A DNA stretch of 63,852 nucleotides, filler included, from Octopus bimaculoides (lineage: Eukaryota): the NCBI RefSeq assembly GCF_001194135.2. It is 5 parts of 5 records of this genome, joined end to end, with 100 filler letters (N's around TTAATTAATTAA, not from the genome) between each part and the next. Parts side by side here need not be neighbours in the genome. Positions count along the whole stretch, not along the records: positions 1 to 30,447 come from NC_069000.1; 4 more parts are not named here. One strand, given 5' to 3'. The notes under the pieces are model-generated. The model did not search any database and was not told where the DNA came from. It worked only from the letters and a program-made list of their open reading frames with translations. Of this stretch, positions 1-12,501 are shown in pieces. Every line of letters starts with the position of its first letter. The first letter of the stretch is position 1. Made by a program: the position numbers and the translations under genes.

Positions 1-64
<64 letters not shown>

Positions 65-66
65 TA
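1..66. repeat. (TA)n microsatellite
   Basis: Direct reading. Confidence 0.95.
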
Positions 67-432
67 TAATCACTAACATATTGTGTTTTATACAAGACGC
101 GTTACTTACATAAAAATATATGTAAAAACGATTATATAGTCTAATTTCTCTAATACATTCTGTTGTCTAAGTGGAAACGAGGCTATACTAAGAGATAATG
201 AGATAATAAATAGTGAAGTAAAATTTGCTTTACACATTTATGCTTTCCATTAAGTAACTTTATGCGTTTCATGTAAAGAAGAAAAAAAGAAGAAACAGAA
301 TTTATAATGGAAAATTATTAACACATTCCTTCGCAAATTATTGAGATTATTATCGTGTAAATACCTTTACATAGTGTGTGTGTGTATGTATGTATGTATG
401 TATGTATGTATGTACACACAGACGAGTACGTG

Positions 433-464
<32 letters not shown>

Positions 465-902
465 TATAATCAGTAAGTGTTTCTTACATTTGAGAGAATG
501 GGTATTATTGATTGTGGTCGCTCATGGTACTGCATATTTCAATACTATTTTATCGATCTCTCGAGGAAAATAAAAGCAAAGTTAAATCTGATAGGATTTC
601 CATCAGTTAGTCCAGCTTACTTTGTTCAACGCAAATTTTAATATATTAACTTTTATGGTAACCTAATGTTCAGGTATTAATTTAATTAATACATTATACG
701 TAACACTGAACACCATTATATCCTACACGAGCTTGGCATTAAATTATCCTCGTTAATGTTTCTCCATCAACTGTGCAAGTTGCACTTCCACCAAAATATT
801 TCAACAACTCGAAATTACTCTAGAATTCGTGTCCATGCCTTGTTTTAATTAGTTTTTATGTATGCCATGCGCTTCTGAATAACAGTATAACATTAGTTAT
901 AC

Positions 903-1093
903 GTTTTTTCAGACCAACGATCGAAGAACTGCATTTTGGGTGAGAAGATTAACGTAATGTCCTTTACACTCAGCGTTTTAAAGTGTTGGATTCGTCCGTC
1001 GGGAGATCGCTTGTAGGATGTCCCAAAGCCTAGGACAATGAAGATAAAGACAGGCCAGATTGGCATCATTTCAGCTCTACTATGACAGATCAT
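903..1093 (-). CDS. Candidate first coding exon of a secreted/membrane protein (partial; remainder off the left edge)
   Basis: Minus strand: polypyrimidine tract ending TTCAG (AG at 1102-1101), so the exon starts at 1100. ATG at 1093, with in-frame ATGs at 1069 and 1066. Translation MICHSRAEMMPIWPVFIFIVLGFGTSYKRSPDGRIQHFKTLSVKDITLIFSPKMQFFDRWSEK. The hydrophobic core IWPVFIFIVLGFG followed by small residues resembles a signal peptide. Donor AC|GTATAA after 903 (phase 2). Family not recognised. Confidence 0.5.
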
Positions 1094-1300
1094 TTTTAAG
1101 CTGAACGACAGAGGATTGAAGACGAGAGACGTCAGCAAAAAAAAAAATGAAAAAAAAATGAAGCTGCAACAATTAAAGCCTCCACCACAGATCCCTTGTG
1201 AATTTTGCAATAGATGCTTCTATGAAAGAATCAGCCTCATTAGAGATCAGAGGCTTAAATAGGGCAGATGACAAGAAGCGGTCAAGAAGTCATATAAATT

Positions 1301-1516
1301 CTTTTCTACTCTAGGCACAAGGCCCGAAATTTTCAGGGAGGAGGCCCGTCAATTAGGATCGACTCCAGTACGCAACTGGTACTTAACTTATCGACTCCGA
1401 AAAGATGAAAGGCAAAGTCGACCTGGGCAGAATTTGAACTCAGGACGTAAAGACAGATAAAATACCGCTAAGCATTCCGCCCGGCGTCCTAACGTTTCTG
1501 CCAGCTTACCGCCTTA
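1301..1516 (-). mobile_element. SINE family A, full length, CpG-rich
   Basis: Reverse complement TAAGGCGGTAAGCTGGCAGAAACGTTAG...GAGTTCAAATTC (B-box-like)...GTCGATAAGTTAAGTACCAG...GCCTTGTGCCTAGAGTAGAAAAG; aligns by eye with the copies at 35401, 51430 and 59607. Confidence 0.9.
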
Positions 1517-3134
1517 GAAGCTAAATAAATTATCGGACACACGATAAAACACTGCCGATGCCGAAATCTATCTATCTATAGTGGTAAGTGGCAGTTTGGA
1601 TGGCATTGCTGCCCAGATAGTTCCTGGGAAGTAATGGAGTCACTCCAAAGATACTTTCAAAATTGAAATCAAAGGAAAACCTTAAATAACACGGGCAGTA
1701 GAAATATTCAAAGAAGTTGGAAACAAGAAGCATGTGACGAGTCTAGGTAGCCAGAAAAATAATTAATGAGTGAATGAAATTCATGACGACAAAACAAGAA
1801 AATGAGGTAACTCTGTAAAAAGAAACAAAACGTTTGAAATAATAAAAAATAAGACTGAAAATGAAAGCAGTGATACAACGTAGACAGAATATACGAGTTG
1901 TCAAGAATTTTGTGCAAAAATATCCGGAAAAAGTAAAAATTAAAAAAAAAGACGAAGCTAAGTTTATTAAAGTTTGAAAAGTGAACAAAAATTCTGTTTG
2001 AATTTAACGTTAAGTTCAACAGAACATCTTTTGGTGAATATAGGTTGGTAAGTAAAGTAAAACACATAATACACATATATTGATCGACGTATTATAGAGA
2101 AATACATAAGAAAATAACAAGTACACTGACATATGTGCACACACAAACACATATATACGCGCGCGCGCGCGCGCGTGTGTGTGTGTGTGAATAAAAATTT
2201 CACCAGATCCAATCTTCAGCCAACAACTTTATAGAAACGCCAACATTGTTTTTATAAATTATGCTTTTTGTTATTTATATAGTGATATGATTATGATTGT
2301 AAACACGTCTATGTTTCTGTATGTAGGCATATACTTCCTGTGTGTGTGTGTGTGTGTGTGTATTTACACACACACACTTATATCCCTGCCATACATTGGA
2401 TCTCAAAACAGATAACGCTGTAAATAATACCATGTAAATATTACCTTTATCTGATTCGAGATCCACTGTTCCAAGTAAGTCATGTTTTTTGAAAAGTTTA
2501 TAATTTTAGATGCCGCGCACGCACGCACGCACGCACGCACGCGCGTACATGGATATGCCTGTGTATATCTGAAACAAATGATCAACAAAACACTTGCTAC
2601 CTCCGTTAATCTCAAATACTGTCGTTGCGATTTAGCATGGGCATGATAGGATACATTGTAAAGAAACTGTTAGTAAACAATCAAATAGACTCAAATACTC
2701 GTGTCGGTATACTGTTCTGTTTCTTTTCCTCTTTGCCGATATCTGTGTCTCTCTCTTGTATTTTGAATCGACCTAATTAGTGCTATAATAATTATGTACC
2801 GTTGTTATTATATTCTTGTCATTCCTCTAGACACTCACTGTCAATCGGATAGGTGTTAAAATGAAGCATCCAAACATCTTTATCTTCACTGTTTTCGCCT
2901 TTTTTTTTAACCCTTTCAGTTAAATGTGTCCTGTCAATGTTTTCCGACATATTATTTTTCTAATTCGCTATCGTTCAGTTAATGAGAAATTTGTCTGAAA
3001 TACCTATACTTGCGCGTGCTAGTGTGTGTGTATGTACGTCTCTAACTCCCGTTGGGCGGTATGAAACATTTTGGCGTCACTGTTTCCAAGCTCAATAATT
3101 TGTGAATTAGACTTTTTAATATTTCAACTGCATT

Positions 3135-3323
3135 TAAGGTGGCGAGCTAGCATAATCATTATCGCGCTATTTCGTCCATTTTTCTGTTCTAACTTCAAAA
3201 TCCGCCGTGGTCGATTTTATCTTCGCTCTTTTCGGGATTGATAAAATGAGTACCAATAGAGTACTGAGACTGATATAATCACCCCTTAATTGCTGGCCTT
3301 GTGGCGACAGTTGAGACCAATAT
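3135..3323 (+). mobile_element. SINE family A, diverged copy
   Basis: TAAGGTGGCGAGCTAGCATAATC...TTCAAAATCCGCCGTGGTCGATTTT...GATAAAATGAGTACCA. Confidence 0.75.
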
Positions 3324-4099
3324 TTCCGATGATTTCTTCCTTCCTTTCTGCGTCACACTGTTCATATATCGTCACTACCTGATTGCATGTCGCATTTTTT
3401 GTAATGTGTTCAGATCATAAATACATTCAACCGTTCGATATGTATTTGCTGTCCTTATTTATAACATTCTCTCACGCTGTAACTAATTTTCTGATTGTTT
3501 CTTGAACGCGGATCGGCTTCAGTCGCTGTTTGAACGCAGATCAGCCATAATTTCAGGCCCTGTGCCTATAATAGAAAGTAATATTAGGAACAACTTTTTT
3601 TATCAGCACCCTTCCAAAATATCGAAATCACCGTTTCGTAATTTGTTAAATGATATTTAGAAGATCCGAACACTCGCACCATTACGTGTTGCATTGTTAC
3701 CCTTGCAAAATGTGTGAAGCATGCAATGCCGAATCGAACACCCTAATGCCCTTGTCTCCCATGGATTATAAGAGCATACACAAATATATTGCGAGTGTCC
3801 ACATTAACTTATAGATCATTAAAATATTTCATACTTTTTTTGGAAAAACTGACTACTCGATTGAAAACACGGCATTAATTTCGGGTGTCTGTCATATGAA
3901 CTATTTCGGCCAATCCACAATGATTCTGTGACACGTCAAGTAATCGTGAGCCGGATGGAAACGGCTGATGCTAATTTCAGTTGAACAGACTCTAGCAACA
4001 TGAATGGAAAGAGTCCAAGTACATAACACACCAGTCAATTCAGGAATCGAAATCATACACTTATGGTCTTCTGAACATCCTAATGACTAAGCTTGATTT

Positions 4100-4372
4100 G
4101 TGTCAGTCATTAAAGCTAAATCTTTTATCGGGCTCTTTCACCTAACGGCTTATGAACTCGTAAACTCACCACCAAGCGGCGCTACTAGACAAACCCATAC
4201 ATACACACACGACGGAATAGTTTCAGCTTTTGTTTACCAAATCTACTCATAATGAGTAGTCAGCCGGCGGTTATGACAGAAGAAACTAGCGCAAGGTGCC
4301 ATGCAGCGGCACTGAAACCCAGAAACATGTGGTTTGTAAAACAAATTTCTTACTACACAGCTACGTTTGCGC
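4100..4372 (+). mobile_element. SINE family B, degenerate copy
   Basis: TCAGTCATT...AATCTACTCATAA...CAAGGTGCCATGCAGCGGCACTGAAACCCAGAAACATGTGG matches family B segments. Confidence 0.65.
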
Positions 4373-7300
4373 ATATATACAGAAAGGGAGAGGGAGGGAG
4401 GGAGCTCTATAAGTCTATGAGATTTCTTGTAAAGAGAAGATAAGAGAAGTTTTGGTGATTAGACATTTTTGGTGATAGATTATCTGCAGTAACCGATAAA
4501 TGAGTGGAGAGCAAATGTATAGATGTCTGTTTAATAAATGGCATATCAGGGTCCGTTCGATATACAGCAATTATGTCAGGAGACATATTGAAATGACTTG
4601 ATGACATACGATAACTATTATAATAAGCTAATAGTTAAACGAGCTAATCTTGAAGGTTTGAAAAAATGTGCCAGAGATTTATTGACGCTGTATTGCCTCA
4701 TGAAAATTGTGATTCATTTATCATGTACTATGATATGTCTTTCAAGGGAAAAAAAGCGAGGAAAATAATAACAATGTATTGAAAGTAATAGCGAATAAGA
4801 CAAACAATAATAAAAACGGTATTAACCGAAACAACAACAGCAACAACACAACAATACTTTTGTCAGCAGCAGTAGCAGCAGCTTCACCACCAGCAGCGGT
4901 TATCATAAGCTGCAACAACAATAACAATAATAATCGAGCATTGAACTAGGAAATATATCATTTATTTATGAAACCGAAATGTGTCATTAGACAGGAAATT
5001 GATTGAAATCTAACATCTAATGAAAAATTATTTAATATAGTGTTAGTGATGGATATATCCGTAGTGATATTGGTTAGAAGGAACAGTATTCGTTCGCATA
5101 CACACTCTCTCACACAAGTATATGTGTATATACATATACATTTCTGTCTCTCTATAACTGTCTCTCTATCTCTCTATTTATCTCACTCTATCTCTCTCTC
5201 TCCGTTTTCCCTCTGTACTATATATAACTTTCTCTCTCTCTCTCTCGCTCTCTTCATATTTGTGTGTTTGTGTGTCTGTGTATGTGTACTCATAAACGTG
5301 AGATAAGGTGGAGTGTGAATGTGCACGAGAGATAGTGTGTATGTTCGCGCAAGCGATTGTGATGGAATGTAACAGTTTCGTCTGATGTGTGAAAACTATT
5401 TCCACAACCTTCACCATCGGTGTGAAAGAAACACAAGAAAATATGAAACTATTTGAATAATAACATAATTTCTATTCACAAATATATTACATTGAATCTC
5501 GACAGCATTTAAATGCTTATTGTATAAAACAGCGTGTCTATAATTTGAATTTTTTCCATTCGTGATATATGGTAGATAACAGATCACCATGTTTTGTTTT
5601 CTTTTTATTTTAAACAATTTAGAAATAAATATAAAAGTATAAAATACTAAAATGTGAAAGCATATCAAAGCGAAAATTATAGTTATTTAGAAGATATAAT
5701 TATTCAGAATATATGTACAGATTGACAATCTGTCTATCAGATGATTTTAAACTATACTTTACATAAAAGCTGAATAAATCGAAACGAAATATACTTTTGT
5801 TGCAAAGTATATGTGCATACATTTTTATAGGAGTGAATAAATTTCGCGAAATTCTAATCTAATGACGTGATATTATCTTTGACGATTTTCGAAGCCAATG
5901 CCTTTGTTCGTTACGTTTGCATGATTACATCAGCGAAATAGACTTCGTTGGTAATCATTTTTAATTAATAATATTACAATAATTAATTACAGGTTTTTCG
6001 TAGTTTAAGGAACATCAAGTAACATAATTTATCAGTTAAAAGAAAGTTTACAATCCATAGGTCAAATCAAATGATAGAACAGGTTTCAAATTCACATATT
6101 GGTTCTACTTCTGATGTTAAAATATTTTCTATAACAAAAGGAGCGAGAGTCTTAATATTTCCAATGCCTAGTTTAATAACAATAAATGTTATATATTGTG
6201 AAACTTTCAGATGTGAATGAAGCATATAATCTCTTCACAGGTAATATTTCACGCGAAACAAATAAGAAAACAGAATTGGTTTTGTTAATGAAAATAAGGC
6301 GCAAAAAAAATTAGCATTAGATTTTATATTATAATCAGAATACATGTTTTAGTGGATGAGGAAGGGGGTAAGCAGAAAAAATAACAAATCTGATGTGTTA
6401 AAAATCTTCCTCTATTGTAAGCCCACCACTACTGAAAACCCACCATCTAGTCAATACAAAAATAACGGTAAATTCTATGTAAACAGAACTAAAGACTAGC
6501 TTATTCACATGTTTTAGTGGAGATACAAACAAAGCATGAAGTAAATAACAACGTCCCGTATATCTGCTGCCATGTATGTATCACGACTGCAAATTAAAAT
6601 CAGTTCCAAACCTCTGAGCAAATACTTAAAAGAAACGAGTGTTTGGTGCTGATCAGTTTTATCTCAACGTGAAATTGAATCTGAAAGTAATTTCTGTCGG
6701 AATTGTCGATGAAAACCTGAACCCCTTCGGTAGATAATACTCGACCCGCCAACTTCAGGGACATAAAAGACATGAAGGCGTTCATTGAATTCATTTTTTG
6801 TTCTTGTTTTGAGTCGAGCTTTTTTAGCTTTTTCGACATCTCAAAGTCGTTCAGTGATTTGCTGACAGCTTATTGATACGCCTGATAGGAACGAGAGTTT
6901 TGTGCCCTGGAACGACATTACTGATCGAACTGACTTCCACGATGTCGTCACGCATTACAATTTTTATTTTTCAAAGTGAAAGAAAAGAAAAGAAAAATCT
7001 TCTTTTTCCCTGTCGAGTGAAAACTTGCATCCATTTACATGATCAATCGTTAATCCTAATAAGTCGATACTCTTGCGTGCTTTTTTAGCTAAAAAAATTC
7101 GAATAACTAAAATGCGAATTGATGAATTGTAAATTAACATTGTCACAATAACTGCCGCCCATATAAAATTAAATTGAAATCATTAATCAGAAACTGAAAT
7201 GAGAAGCAGTGAATCTTTAATTAAGGTTGTCACAATAACTGGTGCACAATACAATAATTATGACTGGCACGTGCTCGTGTAAAATAAAACGGATATAGTT

Positions 7301-7710
7301 TCGTTTAACGTAAAGATAATTATTTTTAATTATTTACAGAATAAGCTGAAGGAAGGATGATTAATTGAAAATAAGTACGAAATTGAAAATAAAATTATTT
7401 TCACGTAACAAAAATTTCTTAAAACGATAACAAAATTAAAATTAATTCAGATTAAAAGTGTTTTAAAAAATATATTATTTCCTATTGCGCTTAAAAGAGA
7501 AATTAATAATGCAAATAGGTAATTGTTCTGATATTCAATCAATTGAATTACCAGGATCGATTGAACAGCGTGTAGGTGCTTGACAATTCTACAGAACATG
7601 ATAAGTGAAGGGTAATATTCAGAAGAAATCGGTTTTATGATTGGTAACAACGGTAGATCCTTAAATTACCGACAGGCGTCCACACAGTCTCTATCTTCCC
7701 AGTTTTCACC

Positions 7711-7780
7711 TCTGTAAGCATAGTATTTAATTTATCGGTTATTTTACCGAACCGCTAAGTCACGGAGATGTAAACACACC

Positions 7781-7824
<44 letters not shown>

Positions 7825-7986
7825 TGTGTGTGGGTGTACCACGTCTACAAAATCCACTCACAAAGCTTTGGTCGACCCGGGGATTTAGTAGAAGACACTT
7901 TCCCAAGGTGCCGCGAAGTGGGTCTGAAACCTGGAATCATGTGGTTGGGAAGCAAGCTTCTTAACACACAGCTACGCCTGCGTCTA
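7711..7986 (+). mobile_element. SINE family B with internal (CA)n
   Basis: ACCGAACCGCTAAGTCACGG...(AC)n...AAATCCACTCACAAAGCTTTGGTCG...CCCAAGGTGCCGCGAAGTGGG...GGAAGCAAGCTTCTTAACACACAGC. Confidence 0.85.
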
Positions 7987-8394
7987 TATTCTATTTTTTA
8001 TAACTTTATACGCACAGACCTAAAACGATTGCAGCACAAACACACATAAGCATGCACTAATGCAAAAATAATATAAAACTCTAATGTAATTTTGTAAATT
8101 CTGATGTTATGCAGTGCATTGGGACTTGAATATTTACATGATTATTCTATATGGTATTATATCGAGCATAGTCTGGCATCAGCCTTTCATCTGCCTGATG
8201 GCATATATTCACATAAAGTATTTGATTCGGATATCTAGCTAACGTTGCTGAAGCTTCTAAGTTAATAAATTCGATGTCTTTCGGTTATCATCTGAAATCC
8301 TTCCAAATATATCGCAAATACCGGATCAGTAAATCAAATTATGATGTGTGCTGGAGAGTATTTGCTATGTTCATGTCTCGAAAGTACTAACGGG

Positions 8395-8432
<38 letters not shown>

Positions 8433-8468
8433 TTTGAAATTATTATTAATGTTATTATTACTATTATT

Positions 8469-8682
8469 AACGCAGCGATCTGGAAAATCGTTAGCATACC
8501 GGACGAAACACTTAGCAGGATTTCTTTATTTATTTTGTTCTGAGTTCAAATCACATCAAGGTTGATTGACTGTCATCCTGGCGCAGACGATGAAATAAGT
8601 AGCAATTGGGCACTGCAGGTGATATAAGCAGTTATTCCCTTTCTCAAAATATGTAGCGTTGTGCCTATAATAGAAAGGATTA
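8469..8682 (+). mobile_element. SINE family A, diverged copy
   Basis: AATCGTTAGCATACCGGACGAAACACTTAGC...GTTCTGAGTTCAAATC...GTGCCTATAATAGAAAGG. Confidence 0.75.
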
Positions 8683-8704
8683 TTGTTGTCTCCTTAACAT
8701 AAGT

Positions 8705-9118
8705 CTTGCATGCGTAGCGGGCTTGCTACCTGCAGTCTACGGCACCATGCTATTCGTTCTTTTCAGCTATTCAATACTTTCCTGATTATCCTGGCCGTGG
8801 TGCCGAGGAGGCAAACCTTTTTTTAACAGTTCTACCGGGACCGTTTTATTTGCCTCCTTATCCCACCTTCATCTCTGCCTCTTGCTTTGTTTGCAAGCAG
8901 TCTCTGCATGACGGCCAGGCCTACGCTGCACAACCACAGGGCACCTGTCGGGCGAAAGCCTTTTAAATTTGGTTCTAGCCTCATTAACACCATTATTTCA
9001 AAGATTTGTATTAGACATTTTCGTTCAACATTCTGGTATGTGTTTTAGAGTTAGCCACCCACCGGTATTTTCATCGAGACAACCTCTCTAGTAAGATCGT
9101 CAACCAAGACTGCAGAGG

Positions 9119-9150
<32 letters not shown>

Positions 9151-9248
9151 TCTCTTTATCATGGGTTTTCGTGGAACTCTTGATACCTTGCATGCGTAGC
9201 GGGCTTGCTTTCTGCAGCCTAAGGTACCATGCTATTCGTTCTTTTCAG
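8705..9248. repeat. Pair of 62-bp direct repeats (8705-8766, 9187-9248) flanking a GC-richer core
   Basis: CTTGCATGCGTAGCGGGCTTGCT...CCATGCTATTCGTTCTTTTCAG occurs twice, with 5 mismatches by eye. Confidence 0.85.
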
Positions 9249-10145
9249 ATATCTAGCACGTACTATTCCCTCAAACCCAGCGAGCGAGAGAGAAAAACAA
9301 GACATGACCAGATTGGAACTCCATAGTACGTAGCACTGGTCAATCGATCAGTTTTGGGCGTGAGATAAACAAAACGAACTTTCTATGCATGGCCAAACAA
9401 TCAGACTCGCTATTATTATCATCATCATCATCAACAACATCATGTATATCATCGTTGTCATCAATGAGATTATCGTCAGCGTAGCCATCATTATTATATT
9501 TATGAAAAAAAGTGTCAGTAACAGTTGTGGCGTAAATAAACATATAAATTTTCTGTAACATATTTTTGCAACATATTTCTGCTTCATCGTTTCGTCTGAT
9601 TCAGCTTTTGTATATAAATGTAGGAACTCGGCAAAAAGATTCTCCGCTATTCAGTCGATGATATATTCCCTAATCACAAATGGCTGCCTGTGACAGCTGA
9701 AAGAAAGCGTCGTTATCATCTTAACATGAGTTATACGTCAGAAAAGATGATATCTGGAGCCAGCTAGGGAGCACCTCAATGCACAGCTAGAATGCATGGA
9801 ATAGTTGAAAAATCTTCCTTAAAAACACATCACTGCATCTTAAAGAACACATTTAATGATGTTGTTTTTAACGCACACACACGCACACAACAATAAAATG
9901 GTTTCTTGTTTCTAAAATACAAAGCTACAGAGTTTTATGCGGGTATTCATTAACAAAGAATCATTATCAGTTACTTCATGTAATTTATATAATCTTGTTG
10001 CATTGACAATTCTGTAATCCTTTTTACGGCTTCCCTTGCAACCAAAAGAGTATATGGGAAGAAACAACTCGAGATATTCAATAATTTTCGCCCTAAGTCA
10101 TAACGAAACTGCATACACACACGCATTCGTACATGTATGAATGTA

Positions 10146-10189
<44 letters not shown>

Positions 10190-10312
10190 TGACCGCTAAC
10201 TCCTCAAGTCTTATTTATTCTCTCTGTTTATTTCCTCGTGTTCCTTTCTGTTGAAGAACGTAGGCTCGAAACGTAAAAAGCTTTCTCACCTTCCCGAGCG
10301 TCAAACAAGAAC
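10190..10312 (+). mobile_element. Penelope-like element terminal fragment with degenerate minimal hammerhead-like motif
   Basis: CTTTCTG-TTGAAGA-ACGTAGGCTC-GAAACGTA-AAAAG, immediately after a (TA)n tract. Confidence 0.45.
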
Positions 10313-11504
10313 ACAAAATCGTTTGTATATTTTACGTGAAACGTTTGTGCATTTAGTCTTGAATGCTACTTAGCATCCATGAAAAGTATAAGTGTGGATT
10401 TTAGATGCATCTGTGTTATGTCATAGTTTTTATTCTCACTTTATTATTAATAAATCTATTTCCTTGACACTGGTTTGTACATGTAAGCACACACATACAC
10501 AGAAGTCCACCGTATTGTAACGTGAAGGTATTATATATATTCCAATTGATGGTTTGTTGGAACAGAATTTCAATGCTACCATTATAATTATCTTCAGTTT
10601 AGTATTGTATGTTCTCGCTAGTAATCATATTTATTGTGTGGAAGATCATCTTCCCAGAAACGTCTAGACGATATGAGATAAATGGAGTTCATGTTAAGCC
10701 AGAAACGATATCTGAAACTTGAATGGTAACAGTTACAAAGATTATGAGTCAAGACTTTATTGAGCAAGAACAAATATTAATGGACTAAATGTATAAATAT
10801 GTGAGATGTAAGAGTCTAATACATATAATAATATAATCCAATATTACACGGGGCTTAATTATAGGTTTAGTAAAAAAAAAAAATCCAATTGATCTGGTAG
10901 TGACATGACTTAATGAGTGCCATAGTAATTTTTCATTTAAGAGTTAATCCTTAGACAATAACTGTATAAGAGAAGCTCACCAACTGGCGATAAGTTCACT
11001 TATGTCATCTTGTTTAGACTATCTTTAAATCTACGAAATTTCTTCCTAAATCTAAGATTTTACTCTTGTATTTGGAATAAAATCATAACAGCATAAAATT
11101 CACCCATAATTTAAACTTTCTCATTATAGAGTTAATGCTGTTTGTCCTCATTAAACAGCTGTTCAACACAAACTATAAAACACTAACGTATGAAGTACAG
11201 GTGAATCTCATGTTTTTCTGTACTTATTCGAAATACAATGTTCGATAGTCATACACGCCGATTTCATACATGCATGCCAGTCGGTTCCACCTAGATCTAT
11301 AAAAATGTAATGTCGTATTAGTTAAAAACCTGCATATTGCTAAACTCGTAATTACTGTCAGGAAATCAGTTTTAAAGAAAGCTAAACACGTTACAGTGAC
11401 GTAAAAGTCTCTGACGTGGCATAATTGAGTCCTACATAAGTGAGCTATATTTACGAGATTCAGTCCCAAAATAAGTGCGTTGATAAAATAACGTTATAAA
11501 GTTT

Positions 11505-11825
11505 GCATGGCTGTAAGCGAAGAAGCATGATTCCCAGCCACATGGTTCTCCCTGCGTGGCACCTTGGGCAATTGTATTGTGAGTGCATTTGGAAGGCCGA
11601 AAGTGAAAGAAGTTCATCGCATCTAAATATACATGTATGTGGATGTCTGTGTATCTGTTTCCCACCACCACATGACAACCGGTGTTAGTGTATTCACATT
11701 CTCATAAGCAAGCGGTTCTGCAAAAAGGAAGTTTAGGAAAACAACCAAGCTTAAAATATATAATTACTAGAATCCGTTTTGACTAACATTTCTCAAAATG
11801 GTGCCACAGCATGGCCGCGGTGTAA
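11505..11825 (-). mobile_element. SINE family B, diverged
   Basis: CCACATGGTTCTCCCTGCGTGGCACCTTGGGCAA...GGTGCCACAGCATGGCCGC is the reverse complement of family B. Confidence 0.75.
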
Positions 11826-12501
11826 AATAAAATAAAAGAGAAGATATCGTGTAACGATTATTCTGTGCGTTCTCTCATGTCCAATACATCTACAGTGGGG
11901 CATAAATTTTCCTTTCTGCTTGTTCACAGCCCCAACACTTCAAACACTACACAGCAGTAATTTCGAAGAGCAGCACAACATCCAGTCTTCGTTTCCTTTA
12001 ACAATTCAATTTCAATATTAACTGTATTAACTTCAGATATATATTCTAAAAAAATCAGTAGTGTCTATACCAGACGAAACTGCGTCTCTGATAAACTGAT
12101 AAATATTTTGTAATGAAATGTAAATTGTGTTGTTTCAGTCTGTTTCTGTTTAGTATACAAAACAAGAACAGTAGGTGTTTTTCATTAATAAAAAGACGGA
12201 AGCTGACGATCTGTAGATGCGATGATAATGTAACTGATCATTGTACGAGTAGAAATTATTTTAAATTAAATTTACGAGAATAAATGAGCATTGTCGTGTT
12301 AAAAGTACATTCTGAATGAAGACAAAAATGTGTGGAAGAACTGCTTGCTGTGCAAATGTTTGGTCCAGTGTTCAATACCCCTACATGATGGTTTGAGCAA
12401 ATATTTTGAGTACCACTTCAGGTTGCGACTGAAATGTGTCCGACAGTTACTGTTTAAGCGATAGTTGTCGGAAGCTACAAAAGGCTAACTCAGAGGCTGC
12501 A

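Noticed and set aside
4169-4183. Second CTCF-like motif CCACCAAGCGGCGCT
   Set aside because: It mismatches the invariant AG of the core and lies within a decayed family B SINE.
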